NCBI GenBank assembly: GCA_963748825.1 | Contig: CAVVKN010000003.1 | Location: 32,001-96,000 of the forward strand | Direction of reading: 5' to 3' | DNA: 64,000 nt | Origin: Methanotrichaceae archaeon | GTDB taxonomy: Archaea; Halobacteriota; Methanosarcinia; Methanotrichales; Methanotrichaceae | Shown: positions 1-11,020 of the stretch, one piece after another | Layout of the letters: the number at the start of each line of letters is the position of its first letter | Numbering within the stretch: position 1 is the stretch's first letter | The notes under the pieces: model-generated | Database searches by the model: none | Told to the model about the DNA's origin: nothing | The model's input: only the letters and a program-made list of their open reading frames with translations | Translations under genes and position numbers: made by a program

Positions 1-1082
1 TGAAATGCCCTTTTCTTTATTGTCGATGCATCATATTCGCCGGGCAAGGTAAACGCAAAACCTACCAGCTGATTTCCTTTGGGTGCCAGCGTAGGATCGT
101 AATTTGAGGTCGGAACCACCCAGGCATAGGGATCGGAGTCAACCCACATCTCCGAGCCGTAGTTGTTAAATATTTTCTTAGTCAGGCCCAGCCATATGGT
201 GAGGGAATTAACTCTTTTTATAGATGTCAAATTCTTGGTGTATTCTGCGGGCAGATTATCGATCAGATAAGGCAGGTCGGATGAACAGCCGGAATAAACA
301 ACGGTATCGCAGTCATAGCTGTCTTCAGAGGTTATCACACCTTCCACTCGCTCGCTGCATTCGATCTTATTCACCGCAACATTGGTTTTGATCTCCACAC
401 TATCCTTAGGAAATGATTCCACTATGGAGCTTACAATGGATTGCAGACCGCCTTTGGGGTATCCCTGGTCTGTGGCGCCTTCCTTTATGAACAGGTCATA
501 TAGTTTTCCTACGTAGGGAACAGTTCTGGGATGATGGGTCTTATTGTCCACGAATCGAGAAATAGGTGCATTTTCTATGGATGTTCCAACCATGAAGTAA
601 CATAGCCAGTCCAGAAATCTTCGCGTCGTTATGGAGACCTTATTCGGAAGAATCTGGGAGAGAGTGATATTGGAAAAATCCTTGCCGGCATTTTTCAGAT
701 ACAGGATATTGAACAACGCCCTCATCAAGAGCAATCTGTCCGTCATGGGAAGCAAGCCGAAAGTCAGCCAGGCATTGATGCTCCATGGGAACGGTTTTAT
801 ATCGTTGCCGATTCTTACATAATATTTTCCAGAAGGGATAAACTGAGGAACTATTTTGAAATATCTGTCCATCAGTTCCTTGAGCGGGCCGTTTTCCAGC
901 CTGGTGATGATGTGAGGGCCTGTATCGACACGATAGCCGTTTACATCATACGACCGGCAGACCCCGCCAATGTAACTCTCCTTCTCCAAGATCACTACCT
1001 TTTTGCCCTCTCTAGAAAGCGCTAGGGCGGACAATAAGCCACTGATTCCTGAACCAATCACAATGACATCTTTACTTTTCAT
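1..1082 (-). CDS. NAD(P)/FAD-dependent oxidoreductase, phytoene dehydrogenase-like (runs off window start)
   Basis: Not in the ORF track. Manual reverse translation from ATG at 1082 gives MKSKDVIVIGSGISGLLSALALSREGKKVVILEKESYIGGVCRSYDVNGYRVDTGPH (GxGxxG dinucleotide fold, DTG motif); GGTGA RBS upstream. Confidence 0.8.
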   Translation of the reverse strand, partial: MKSKDVIVIGSGISGLLSALALSREGKKVVILEKESYIGGVCRSYDVNGYRVDTGPHIITRLENGPLKELMDRYFKIVPQFIPSGKYYVRIGNDIKPFPWSINAWLTFGLLPMTDRLLLMRALFNILYLKNAGKDFSNITLSQILPNKVSITTRRFLDWLCYFMVGTSIENAPISRFVDNKTHHPRTVPYVGKLYDLFIKEGATDQGYPKGGLQSIVSSIVESFPKDSVEIKTNVAVNKIECSERVEGVITSEDSYDCDTVVYSGCSSDLPYLIDNLPAEYTKNLTSIKRVNSLTIWLGLTKKIFNNYGSEMWVDSDPYAWVVPTSNYDPTLAPKGNQLVGFAFTLPGEYDASTIKKRAF

Positions 1083-1464
1083 GATTCACCCATTATTATA
1101 CGAACCTGGAAATCAGCAGTTTTTTTCTCCATCTTCTAGAAAGCACCCCAACTGAATAATAATATTACCGTGGACATGTTATACTTTTTCCAGATTGCCT
1201 TTCTCGAATCTATTCGCGTATTCTTTCGCTAGATTTATTAAGGCTTTTGGCTTTGCGGGGCTCCATTTCAATTTAACCAATTGGCCTGCATGCATAGGAA
1301 ACACAATATCAAAAACACCCACCGGCTAAAAAAACCCGGCGCTCGATCAGAAGGCTCGGGTGTTTGGTCGAAAAGAGCCTTTATATCTGATAAGGTGAAT
1401 CCTTGCGCCTTGCACATTTACATAAAGGAATCGAGCATGCAGATGGTTTAATGCGTGGGATGAC

Positions 1465-1746
1465 ATGATCACCAGGGAAGATGTGGAGCACATCAGCTGG
1501 CTTGCCAGCATCAAGATCGAGGATGAGGAGAAAGATGAGTTAGTGGAGCATTTCAACTCAATTTTGGAATACTTCCACCAGCTGGATGAGGTGGACACCG
1601 AGGGAGTAGAGCCCACCTATCGTGTTGTAGACCTAGCCAATATCTTTCGAGAGGATGTGGCCTTCCAGTCCCTCTCTCAGGACCAGGCGCTCAAGAATGC
1701 GCCGCGCACGGAAAATGGCTACTTTAAGAGCCCCAGGATTGTGTAA
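1465..1746 (+). CDS. gatC: Asp/Glu-tRNA amidotransferase subunit C
   Basis: MITREDVEHISWLASI...REDV...ALKNAP...GYFKSPRIV; directly upstream of gatA. Confidence 0.95.
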   Translation: MITREDVEHISWLASIKIEDEEKDELVEHFNSILEYFHQLDEVDTEGVEPTYRVVDLANIFREDVAFQSLSQDQALKNAPRTENGYFKSPRIV

Positions 1747-1748
1747 TC

Positions 1749-3167
1749 ATGCTCTCGGAATTAAAGGCCAGGCTATTAGCCGAATCATGCGAGGAGTACC
1801 TTTGCCGGCTCTTTGAGAGAATCGAGAAGAGCTCGCTTAATGCCTTCACTACTTTAGCCAAAGAGAGCGCATTGAATGAGGCCAGACAGTTCGACAAAAA
1901 TCCCAGCCAGGGCCTCTTAGCGGGAGTGCCCATCGCCATCAAAGAGTGCATCTCCACCAATGGAATTGAAACCAATTGCAGCTCTCGAATACTGCGCGGA
2001 TATATCCCGCCCTATGATGCCCATGTCATCGAGCGCCTCAAGGCGGAAGGGGCCATCATCGTTGGAAAGACCAACATGGACGAGTTTGCTATGGGCACCT
2101 CCACGGAGACGAGCTGCTTTGGGCCGACAAAAAATCCCTGGGATCAGTCATGCGTTCCGGGCGGCTCCAGCGGCGGAAGCGCTGCTGTTGTGGCCGGGGG
2201 CGAAGCGCCCTGCGCATTGGGTTCGGATACGGGCGGCTCAGTGCGCTGTCCTGCATCCTTTTGCGGCGTTGTGGGACTCAAGCCCACCTACGGCCTGGTC
2301 TCACGCTATGGCCTAGTGGCCTATGCCAACTCCCTGGAGCAGATCGGCCCGCTTACCCATACTGTAGAGGATACCGCTCTTCTCATGGAGGTCATTTCAG
2401 GGCACGACGGACGGGATTCCACATCGGCTGAGGGAGAGCGTCGCAGTTATTTGCCGGGCCTGAAAGACGGCATCGCCGGCCTGAAGATCGGCATTCCCAA
2501 GGAGTACTTCGGCGAGGGAGTGAATGAAGATGTGGAAAAGGCCGTTTGGGACGGCATTCATACCCTGGAATCACTGGGCGCATCCTGGCAGGAGATCAGC
2601 CTGCCCCATACCCGCTATGCTCTGGCCGCCTACTATGTCATTGCCATGAGCGAGGCCTCCTCCAATCTGGCCCGCTTCGACGGTCTGCGCTATGGCTCCC
2701 GTCAGGGGGAGGATAAGGACTGGCATACTACATTCTCGGCTATTCGCGCAAAGGGCTTTGGGCCGGAGGTGAAAAGGCGCATAATGCTGGGAACCTATGC
2801 CCTCTCCGCTGGCTATTACGGTCGCTACTACCTCAAAGCTCTCAAGGTGAGGACGCTGATAAAAGAGGACTTTTTGCGCGCCTTCAAGGAGGTGGATCTT
2901 CTGGCCAGCCCTACCATGCCCATTCCCGCCTTCAAGATCGGTGAGCGCATCAACGATCCGCTCTCCCTCTACATGGCCGACGTCTTTACCGTGCCCATCA
3001 ATTTGGCAGGCGTGCCAGCCATCTCCGTGCCCTGCGGCTTTGCCGGGCGGTTGCCCGTGGGCCTGCAGCTCATAGGCCCGCACTTCGGTGAGGCGGCGGT
3101 CCTGAAGGCCGCTCAGGCCTTCGAGGCGGCCACGCCTTTCCATGAGGCCAAACCGGAGGTGATCTAG
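1749..3167 (+). CDS. gatA: Asp/Glu-tRNA amidotransferase subunit A
   Basis: Amidase signature GKTNMDEFAMG, PGGSSGGSAA, GSDTGGSVRCPA; EVKRRIMLGTY. Confidence 0.97.
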   Translation: MLSELKARLLAESCEEYLCRLFERIEKSSLNAFTTLAKESALNEARQFDKNPSQGLLAGVPIAIKECISTNGIETNCSSRILRGYIPPYDAHVIERLKAEGAIIVGKTNMDEFAMGTSTETSCFGPTKNPWDQSCVPGGSSGGSAAVVAGGEAPCALGSDTGGSVRCPASFCGVVGLKPTYGLVSRYGLVAYANSLEQIGPLTHTVEDTALLMEVISGHDGRDSTSAEGERRSYLPGLKDGIAGLKIGIPKEYFGEGVNEDVEKAVWDGIHTLESLGASWQEISLPHTRYALAAYYVIAMSEASSNLARFDGLRYGSRQGEDKDWHTTFSAIRAKGFGPEVKRRIMLGTYALSAGYYGRYYLKALKVRTLIKEDFLRAFKEVDLLASPTMPIPAFKIGERINDPLSLYMADVFTVPINLAGVPAISVPCGFAGRLPVGLQLIGPHFGEAAVLKAAQAFEAATPFHEAKPEVI

Positions 3168-3168
3168 A

Positions 3169-4584
3169 ATGGAAGACGTCATCATTGGCCTTGAGATTCA
3201 CGTGCAGCTCAACCGCCTGCAGTCCAAGATGTTCTGCGGCTGCTCCACGGCTTATCATAACTCACCGCCCAACAGTCATACCTGCCCCGTTTGCCTGGGG
3301 CTGCCCGGCTCTCTGCCTGTCATCAACAAAAAAGCGGTAGAGTGCGGCATAAAGGTGGGGCTGGCCTTGAACTGCACGATCGAGGAGGAGACGCTCTTTT
3401 ACCGGAAGAACTACTACTATCCAGATCTTCCCAAGGGCTTTCAGATCAGCCAGTACGACTATCCTCTGGCCGTTCAGGGCCACATCATGATCCTGGGCGA
3501 CGATGGAGCGGAAAGAAATATTCGCATCAACCGGGCGCATATGGAGGAGGACCCCGGACGGCTGGTGCACGCGGGCACCATTGACAAGGCCAAGTACACC
3601 ATGGTGGACTACAACCGCTGCGGCATGCCCCTGCTGGAGGTCGTGACCGAGCCGGACCTCTGCTCACCCAAAGAGGCGCGCGCCTTCCTGGACAAGCTCA
3701 GAAGCATTCTCGAGTATCTGGATGTCTTCGACGGCTCACAGGAAGGGTCCATGCGCGTTGATGCCAATATATCCCTGAAAGGCGGAGACCGATCTGAGGT
3801 CAAGAACATCACCGGCTTTAAAGGCGTGGAGAAGGCCCTCTCCTACGAGATCACCCGGCAGAAGAACCTGCAGCGAAGGAACATCAAAGTGGTGCAGGAG
3901 ACGCGCCACTTCGATGAACTGCGTAACGTCACCGTCTCCATAAGAAGCAAGGTGGGCGCTCACGACTACCGCTACTATCCAGAGGCCGATTTGGCAGTCA
4001 TGCGCGTCGCTCCTTGGGTGCCGGAGATAAGAGCTGCGCTCCCTGAGCTGCCCGACGTCAAGCGGGAGAGGTTTGTCAAGCAGTACGGTCTGGCAGATGA
4101 TCATGCCAAATCCCTTACATCGGAGATCAAGCTGGCCAACTTCTACGAGGCCGTCGCGGCGCGGGCTTCGCCCAAGCTGGCGGCGGTCTGGATCGCAGAT
4201 GTGCTCAAAGGCGAGCTGAACTACCGGGATCTGGCCATCGAGAGCTTCCGGGAGGAGCACATGGCTGAGATAGTGCAATTGCTGGAGAAGAGCACGATCA
4301 GCGAGGACGGGGCGGTGCAGATCATACGCGAGCTGCTGGACAAAAAGGGCGGCACGCCTCAGGAGATCGTCCTGGCCCTGGGTCTTTGCAGAGCGGAGGA
4401 CGATGCCGTGCAAAAAGCGGTGCGAGAGGCCGTGGTGGAAAGTGCTGCGGCAGTGGCCGACTACCGGGCGGGAAGCGAGCGGGCACTGAACTTCATTGTG
4501 GGCCTGGTCATGAAGAAGACGCGAGGCAAGGCTGATGCCGGCGAGGTGCACAAGCTGGTTAAGGAAGAAGTGGACAAGGCCTAG
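3169..4584 (+). CDS. gatB: Asp/Glu-tRNA amidotransferase subunit B
   Basis: IGLEIHVQL, RKNYYYPDLPKGFQISQY, HMEEDPG, GSMRVDANIS, DYRYYPE. Confidence 0.97.
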   Translation: MEDVIIGLEIHVQLNRLQSKMFCGCSTAYHNSPPNSHTCPVCLGLPGSLPVINKKAVECGIKVGLALNCTIEEETLFYRKNYYYPDLPKGFQISQYDYPLAVQGHIMILGDDGAERNIRINRAHMEEDPGRLVHAGTIDKAKYTMVDYNRCGMPLLEVVTEPDLCSPKEARAFLDKLRSILEYLDVFDGSQEGSMRVDANISLKGGDRSEVKNITGFKGVEKALSYEITRQKNLQRRNIKVVQETRHFDELRNVTVSIRSKVGAHDYRYYPEADLAVMRVAPWVPEIRAALPELPDVKRERFVKQYGLADDHAKSLTSEIKLANFYEAVAARASPKLAAVWIADVLKGELNYRDLAIESFREEHMAEIVQLLEKSTISEDGAVQIIRELLDKKGGTPQEIVLALGLCRAEDDAVQKAVREAVVESAAAVADYRAGSERALNFIVGLVMKKTRGKADAGEVHKLVKEEVDKA

Positions 4585-4783
4585 ATGGCTTTTGTCCCCC
4601 GTGAATAGAAGGATGAGCGCTCTCGCGTCGTCAGGGCTCGTTTCTCGATGAAATGCTCTTCTTTATTTCCTGGAAGGAGTACGTCTTGACTTTTCCTGCC
4701 TTCAGTTCCATCATCTCGATTCACCACTGCTTTGTGCGCCAGGGATTGCTCTTCTTCGTTTATCATTGCTTTTATGATTGAGT

Positions 4784-5301
4784 TCACTTAGCTACCTGCC
4801 AGCGTCCGCCTTTATCTGGGCCGATGCGCTGAATGCGACCTTTTGCTTTCATTTTTTCTATCTGCATCTTGATGGCTCTCTCCGTGATGCCGATGTGTAG
4901 GGCAAGGTCTGCGATAGTAATCCCCGGATCATTCTGCATGAGTTCGATGATTTTCCGGGAAGTTTTCTGGGAAGCTTTTCCCGCTAACCCCGCATCATCA
5001 AGCTCTTTGCGGTGAATGGTGGCGATGAACATGCATCCTTCTCGGTCGTCTGTAAAACTGATATCCGGCCAGTCCTCCAGAGCGCGTTTAATTCCGGAAC
5101 CCAATCCTTTGTAAGGCAGCAGCCCTTTGGCCGCGTAGGACACGAGAATTGGATTTCGGATATTCGAAATGCCTGAGGGGATTTTTTCCACGGTCAGGTT
5201 GTTTGGCAGATGGCCGGGACTGATAATCTCAATGCGGTCGTTGAAAATGAATAGGCGAATCGTGGCGTTCACGAGATAGTCCCGGTGGATCAGCGCGTTG
5301 A
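4784..5301 (-). pseudogene. C-terminal fragment of a RecG-like/ATP-binding transcriptional regulator (HATPase-like + HTH)
   Basis: Homology starts abruptly at VNALIHRDY (upstream of the called GTG), then DRIEIISPG, RNP, GLGSGI, and a C-terminal HTH ending RIGPDKGGRW. The N-terminal half is missing. Confidence 0.7.
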
Positions 5302-5389
5302 CCCAAGTCTGCCAGCCTTTGCAATCAAATATATGCAGCCGGACCCAAGTCCGGATTGAGCCGAAGCTCTCATCGCATCGGGAAGATTA

Positions 5390-6943
5390 TCATCCATTTT
5401 TCTCCTTGGCAAACCAGGCCCGGCCTTTCTCGGTGAGGCGGTATTTCTGCAGGCTGCTCCTGGGCTTGTCCGGAATGGTCAGCTCAACAAGACCCTTGGC
5501 TAGTGCTGGATCAAGATAGCGTTTCCGCATATGCGTTCTGTCCCTCAGACCAAGTTTGCTTCGGATCTCCAGATTGCCCAAAGCACCACACGAGTCCAAT
5601 AAAAGCAAGAGCACTTCTACGGCAGGGTTGACTGGTGGAGTGACTGGTAGAGTGACTGGTAGAGTGACTGGTAGAGTGACTGGTGGAGTGACTTGGGGGG
5701 TGACCGCTTTGAGGGCCAGCTCAGGCTTCCTGCGTATGATGGTAACGAAACCGTCCGTCAGGTAGAATTCCGGTTCCAGGAGGCCGGCATTGCGGCAGCG
5801 TTCAATCATATCCCCAACGCCCGTCCCCATGCGTTCGATGTATTTGGTGAGATAGAGCGATTCTGCGAGCAGAGGGTTGCCGGGAACCGAGCCGTGCGGC
5901 AGCCGGAGCCTTGCCAGGGTCAGCGTGGGCGGCAAAGTTCCTGGATTCCATACCTCCAGCCTGTCTGAGAAGAGCATCACCTGAATGCTGCCGTTGCTGG
6001 TGTAGTCACGATGGGCTATCGCATTTACTATCGCCTCTCGCACCACCTCAGGCGGCATCTCGTAAGCCACCGGTGCTTGCGTGCTCTTCTCTCGCGTGCC
6101 TACAGCCAGATTGATCTTGGAGAGCACAAAATCCACGGCCTGATCTACCAGATCGAAGGCGGTTCCCTTGTAAACCTGGTAGAAGGGAATGGGCTTTCGG
6201 ACATCGGTTCCATGGAAATGAGCGCACTTGACCTCGGAAGAGATAAGAAAACGCTGTGGCTTGTTGCCGAAGAGAAGAACCGCGGCGTTGGTCGGCAGTC
6301 CGTTCTTGAGCAGGTTCAAGTGCTCGAGCACATGAACGGGGAGTGTGTCTTCCGAGAGCGGAAAGCCTCGGGCGCGGCGGGCTATTCCCAGGAAGAGCCG
6401 AATTTTCTCGGACGAGAGGTCTTCCATCGTGGCGTCCGGACAGGGGGTGGCATCGAAGGGGCCAAAGCGGAGCAGTTCTTTAGCCGCGAGGAAGTCTACC
6501 AAACTGGCATAGATGGATGGAAGCAGTTCGGCAGATGAGAGAAATCGGCGTCGAATCAATTGTGCGCCAGCCTCTGCAATCAAGGCCTGCATTTTTGGGT
6601 GTTTGCCGGAATCGGTTGCCCCTTTGACGAAAACCAGGCGATGCTTGCCAAGGCGGGTGGCTTCGCAAAACTCGCGGTGAGTGGGAGAGAGTCCGTCACT
6701 GTCCTCTCTTCCGTAATCATTTCCCAGGAGGGCTACATAGATGTCAGAGGAGCCTACCTCGGCGAGGTAGACCGCATCTGCACGCCGGTCGGCTGCGGGA
6801 AGGTCTTCGAAGAGGAAAACATCGAAGAACCGGCACAGCAAGGCATCATCCCTGAGGTAGGCCTTAAGCGCCTGCCGTTCATTTTCCATCTCCTTTTGCA
6901 CGGAACTGACGAATACCTTTAGGCGAATCATCTCAGGTTGCAC
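5390..6943 (-). CDS. DUF4062-like N-terminal domain + RecG-like ATP-binding domain + C-terminal HTH protein
   Basis: N-terminal VFVSSVQKE..ERQAL...EV..SDIYVALLG..YG...SPT.REF; REAIVNAIAHRDY; IERMGTG; C-terminal PDKPRSSLQKYRLT. Confidence 0.8.
   Translation of the reverse strand: MQPEMIRLKVFVSSVQKEMENERQALKAYLRDDALLCRFFDVFLFEDLPAADRRADAVYLAEVGSSDIYVALLGNDYGREDSDGLSPTHREFCEATRLGKHRLVFVKGATDSGKHPKMQALIAEAGAQLIRRRFLSSAELLPSIYASLVDFLAAKELLRFGPFDATPCPDATMEDLSSEKIRLFLGIARRARGFPLSEDTLPVHVLEHLNLLKNGLPTNAAVLLFGNKPQRFLISSEVKCAHFHGTDVRKPIPFYQVYKGTAFDLVDQAVDFVLSKINLAVGTREKSTQAPVAYEMPPEVVREAIVNAIAHRDYTSNGSIQVMLFSDRLEVWNPGTLPPTLTLARLRLPHGSVPGNPLLAESLYLTKYIERMGTGVGDMIERCRNAGLLEPEFYLTDGFVTIIRRKPELALKAVTPQVTPPVTLPVTLPVTLPVTPPVNPAVEVLLLLLDSCGALGNLEIRSKLGLRDRTHMRKRYLDPALAKGLVELTIPDKPRSSLQKYRLTEKGRAWFAKEKNG
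5628..5704. repeat. 12-bp tandem repeat (GTGACTGGTRGA, ~6.4 units) encoding a VTPP/VTLP linker
   Basis: Read directly: ttgactggtgga, gtgactggtaga x3, gtgactggtgga, gtgacttggggg, gtgac. Confidence 0.9.
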
Positions 6944-7136
6944 TCCTGCCAGTAACCTCTGATCGGGCTTCCATCAACGCCAATGGCACCATTGCAGACC
7001 GCAGAGATACCGTTGATCTCCCTCTTTGTTGCATGAAACAACGCGATGAGGATATAAATCTTCAGGAAGAAAAATATGAGCGAGAATCGATTGCTTTTTA
7101 TCCATCCGGGTATTCATTGCCCCAGGTTGATCATCA

Positions 7137-8442
7137 ATGTCCGGTTACTGGGATCCACATATTGAGCGCATGCCCCTCGAGGACCTGCATGCTCTTCAAG
7201 AGGATCGGCTCAAGTCTACAGTGCGATACGTCTACGATCATTCCGCGTTCTACCGGCGGAGATTCAAGGAAGCAGGCGTGGAGCCTGGCGACATTAAGAC
7301 TCTCGCCGACATTACCAAGCTGCCCTTCACAAGGAAGGTGGACCTGCGGGACAACTATCCCACAGGCATGTTCAGTGCTCCCAAGAGCCAGGTCGTGCGC
7401 TACCACGTCTCCAGCGGCACCACGGGAAAGCCGACCGTTGTCGGCTACACCAAGGGCGATATCGAGACCTGGTCCGAGTCGCTGGCCCGGGCGCTGACCT
7501 CCATTGGCCTTGACAGTGACGATGTGGTGCAGGTAGGCTACGGCTATGGCCTTTTCACGGGCGGTCTCGGCCTGCACTACGGAGCAGAGCGCATCGGCGC
7601 GGCTGTGCTGCCGGTAGGCACGGGCAACACGGAGCGGCAGATCGAGCTGATGCAGGACCTGGGCACGACGGCCATCGCCTGCACGCCCTCCTACTTCCTG
7701 CACATCATGGAGGTGGCGGAGAAGATGGGCATCTCCATCAAGAAGGACACCCAGCTTAAGGCAGGCATCTTCGGGGCCGAGCCCTGGTCTCTGGAAACCA
7801 GGAAACGGATTGAGGATGCCACAGGCATCAATGCCTACGACATCTACGGCACCAGCGAGATTTCCGGCCCACTGTTCACGGAGTGCCACGCCAAGAAGGG
7901 CATTCACGTCTGGGCAGACATGTTCCTGATCGAAGTCCTCGACCCCAAGACGGATGAGCCGGTGGCAGACGGCGAGACGGGCGAGCTGGTCTTCACCACG
8001 CTGCACAAGTTCGCTTTGCCCCTCATCCGCTACCGCATCGGCGATCTGTCTATCATGAACAGTGAGCCCTGCGAGTGCGGTCGCACCCACCCGCGGATCA
8101 TGAGGATTTTGGGCCGAACAGACGACATGCTCATCATTCGCGGCATCAACGTCTTCCCGAGCCAGGTGGAGTCGGTGCTTGATGAACATTCCGGAGGTAG
8201 GCGACCACTGGGAGATCCTGGTGGACCGCAAGGGGCCGCTGGATATGATGACGGTGCGCGTCGAGCTGACAGAATCGGGCTTCTCAGACAAGATCGGCGA
8301 CCTGATGAAGCTCAAGAAAAATATCTCAAAAGAATTAAAAGGCGTGCTGAACATAGCTGCAGAAGTAGACCTGGTTGAGCCCGGCACCATCCCCCGTTCC
8401 ATGGGCAAGGCCAAGAGAGTAACAGATAACCGAAAGGTGTAG
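7137..8442 (+). CDS. paaK: Phenylacetate-CoA ligase (single extra base at ~8180)
   Basis: SSGTTGKP, YDIYGTSE, GRTDDMLIIRGINVFPSQ. Removing one T in GTGCTTGATGAAC joins ORFs 7137-8378 and 8179-8442, ending GKAKRVTDNR. Confidence 0.88.
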
Positions 8443-8460
8443 GTGTAGGAGGCTTTCAAA

Positions 8461-8895
8461 ATGTCAGAGATCAAACAAATTTCCCTCTTTGTGGAGAACC
8501 GGCCGGGCAGAACGGCCAAAGTTGCCAAGACGCTATCAGATGCAGGTGTGAACATTCGCGCTCTCACCATTGCCGAGGCTGGCGACTTCGGTGTCATTCG
8601 CATGGTCCTGGATGATCCGGAGAAGGGCTACAAAGTTCTGAAAGAAAATGCCTTCACCGTCTCCATGACAGATGTTTTAGCCGTAGAGATGATGGACACT
8701 CCCGGCGGCCTTTATGAGATCGTAAATACCCTGGGACAGAACAACGTGAATGTGGATTACGCCTACGCCTTCGTCACAGCCAAGGCACAGCGTGCCATGC
8801 TCATCCTGCGGGTGGACGACATCGCCAAGGCCAGGCAGGTACTGGGCGAAAAGAACGTCAAGATCGCCACCAAGGAGGAGATCCAGGCCATTTGA
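8461..8895 (+). CDS. ACT-domain protein (commonly paired with paaK)
   Basis: KQISLFVENRPGR, NIRALTIAE..DFGVIR, second ACT unit DTPGGL...NVDYAYAF. Confidence 0.9.
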   Translation: MSEIKQISLFVENRPGRTAKVAKTLSDAGVNIRALTIAEAGDFGVIRMVLDDPEKGYKVLKENAFTVSMTDVLAVEMMDTPGGLYEIVNTLGQNNVNVDYAYAFVTAKAQRAMLILRVDDIAKARQVLGEKNVKIATKEEIQAI

Positions 8896-9017
8896 GGGCC
8901 TGGGGCCACAGTTTATTTTTAATATTTTTTATTATATTTTTATTGCTGAAATATCAACGGGTCGTCATAAAATCTATATACATTGTTCGTCAATTTTTGT
9001 CAATTGGAGTTGACAAT

Positions 9018-9560
9018 ATGAAGCCCTTTACAGTACTTGTACCGGCCATCCTTCTCTTGGCCTGTCTGGCCTTGCCTTGCACCGCCCTGGAATCAAAAGT
9101 GCTTACCGTATCGGAGAAGACTCTTTCCGTGGATCTTGGTCCTAGCTTTGAGATTTACGGGGGCGAATTCAACGCCAGTGAAAAAGGAATGGTCTCTTCG
9201 GATTTCGTCATCAACAACACAGCTACAGCCGGAGCGGCATTCGTATCCGTCATGAGTGTCTATGATGAGATGATGAGCAAAATGAGCCCAGCCGCACTTT
9301 CCGAGCTTTTCCTGATCGGCGGCATCTCTGCGGTTGAAGCCAGAGGTGATACTGAGGCCGGAAACTGGACTGCTGTCGATAGCCAAGGCCGAAATGTGAC
9401 CGTTCACACTATGAACACAAAGGATCAGCGCGTTCAGATGCTTGGCGGCAGCTACGGCATAGCCGTCTGGAACCTGGACAGATCCACTTATGCCGTGATG
9501 GTATCGCTGTTTGATAAAAATAATACTACTCAAGCAATCAAGACTCTGGCCATCAGCTAG
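9018..9560 (+). CDS. Secreted hypothetical protein
   Basis: GGAG RBS then ATG at 9018; signal peptide MKPFTVLVPAILLLACLALPCTA. Confidence 0.75.
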   Translation: MKPFTVLVPAILLLACLALPCTALESKVLTVSEKTLSVDLGPSFEIYGGEFNASEKGMVSSDFVINNTATAGAAFVSVMSVYDEMMSKMSPAALSELFLIGGISAVEARGDTEAGNWTAVDSQGRNVTVHTMNTKDQRVQMLGGSYGIAVWNLDRSTYAVMVSLFDKNNTTQAIKTLAIS

Positions 9561-9659
9561 GCCGGAGCCTTTTTATTAATTTCATCGATGTCGCTTTCTT
9601 AGCATCAGGCGACTTTATTTTTCCGTTGATTGGACTAAAATGCTCTTAGATTCTTAGAT

Positions 9660-10151
9660 TTAGATATTCTCTCCCTGATATTTTCCCGAGTACATCTTCT
9701 CTGCCTCTTTTTCCAGCCGCAGGAATACCAGTTGCATCAGCCGGGCGTTCTTCTTCAGCCGCAATCCATGGGGATTGTAGACCACCAGCAGGCTCTGGCT
9801 CCTGCCCCTGTAGCCTGGGTCCCAAAGTGCCGTCTCCAGGCTGGCCCCGCAGCGCAGAAGCGTGGAGCGGGCGCGGGCCAGGGCGGCCACATCTTTGGGA
9901 ATGTTCACGATCTCATTGAAGGTCACCAGGTAGGAGCCCGCGGGCAGATCGATCCAGCCCGACGCACCAAAATCCATCGGCTCGGTCTGGGGCAGCACTC
10001 TCTCAATGTTATCAAAGGCTACCGTCCCGGCGGATGTGAAGCGTTCGATCTTTTGCAGCGTCAGCTCCATGCCGCACATCTGCGTTTGAGTCTCGGGGTC
10101 GATCATGGATTCGAGGAGGCCGCGCGCCTCGCTGCCGGTAAGAATGGTCAT
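9660..10151 (-). CDS. dut: Trimeric dUTPase (dCTP deaminase/dUTPase family)
   Basis: ARSTLLRCG, WDPGYRG, RLMQLVF, C-terminal YSGKYQGE. Confidence 0.85.
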   Translation of the reverse strand: MTILTGSEARGLLESMIDPETQTQMCGMELTLQKIERFTSAGTVAFDNIERVLPQTEPMDFGASGWIDLPAGSYLVTFNEIVNIPKDVAALARARSTLLRCGASLETALWDPGYRGRSQSLLVVYNPHGLRLKKNARLMQLVFLRLEKEAEKMYSGKYQGENI

Positions 10152-10197
10152 CTTAAAACACCTTGCAAAGCTCTATTAACTACCACAGATAACTTAT

Positions 10198-10972
10198 TTG
10201 CGGGTGCTAAAGCTGTTCGAACTTCTCTTCCTGCCTTTGACCATCGTCGTCATGCTGCTTATATTGGTCGCGCCCCTCATCTTCATCTACCTCTTTCTCC
10301 GGCTCTCTGAGACCGCCTTTGAGATGGTGGGCTTCAGCCACTGGCACGCCACCCTGGCAGTCTTCGGCTCCATTTTGGGAAGCCTGGTAGACTTTCCCCT
10401 CCATTCCGATCCCATCTCCACCTACCCGGACTGGTACGCGACTCTGCTTAGCCTGTATTCTCAAGACGCTGCCGCCACCTTTCATCCCCTCTACCTGGCC
10501 GTCAACCTGGGTGGGTGCATCATTCCCCTGCTCATCTCCGCCCACCTTCTTTTGCGCGGCCAGGCCAGCCTCAAAAAGGCCCTGCTGGGCATGGCCGTGG
10601 TGGCAGTCATCACCTATTGGGCAGCCCAGGCCATTCCAGGCGAGGGCATTGCCCTGCCCATCTGGCTCTCGCCCCTTTTAGCGGCTGCTCATGGGCCTGC
10701 TCCTGGCACGCGGCTTTCGCCGCGCTCCGCCCCTCGCCTACATCAGCGGCACCCTGGGAACGCTGATTGGAGCAGACCTCTTCAGCCTGCTCACCCCCGG
10801 AATACTCCCCGCTCTTTCACCGCTGGAGCTGCACCAGGCCAAGCCCCTGGTTCTCTCCATCGGCGGAGCCGGAGTCTTCGACGGCATATTCCTAACGGGC
10901 ATCATTGCCGTGCTTCTGGCAGCTGGAATCGTCTGCCTCTTGCGAGGAAACTGCAAGGAAGTGGGGAGATGA
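10198..10972 (+). CDS. DUF1614 family membrane protein (single extra base at ~10688)
   Basis: AVNLGGCIIP in the first frame; LAYISGTLGTLIGADL and SIGGAGVFDGIFLTG in the next frame. Confidence 0.8.
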
Positions 10973-11020
10973 TAGATGAGAAAAAAGAGCGGGAAAAAAT
11001 AGCGCCTGCTCTCAAATTAT

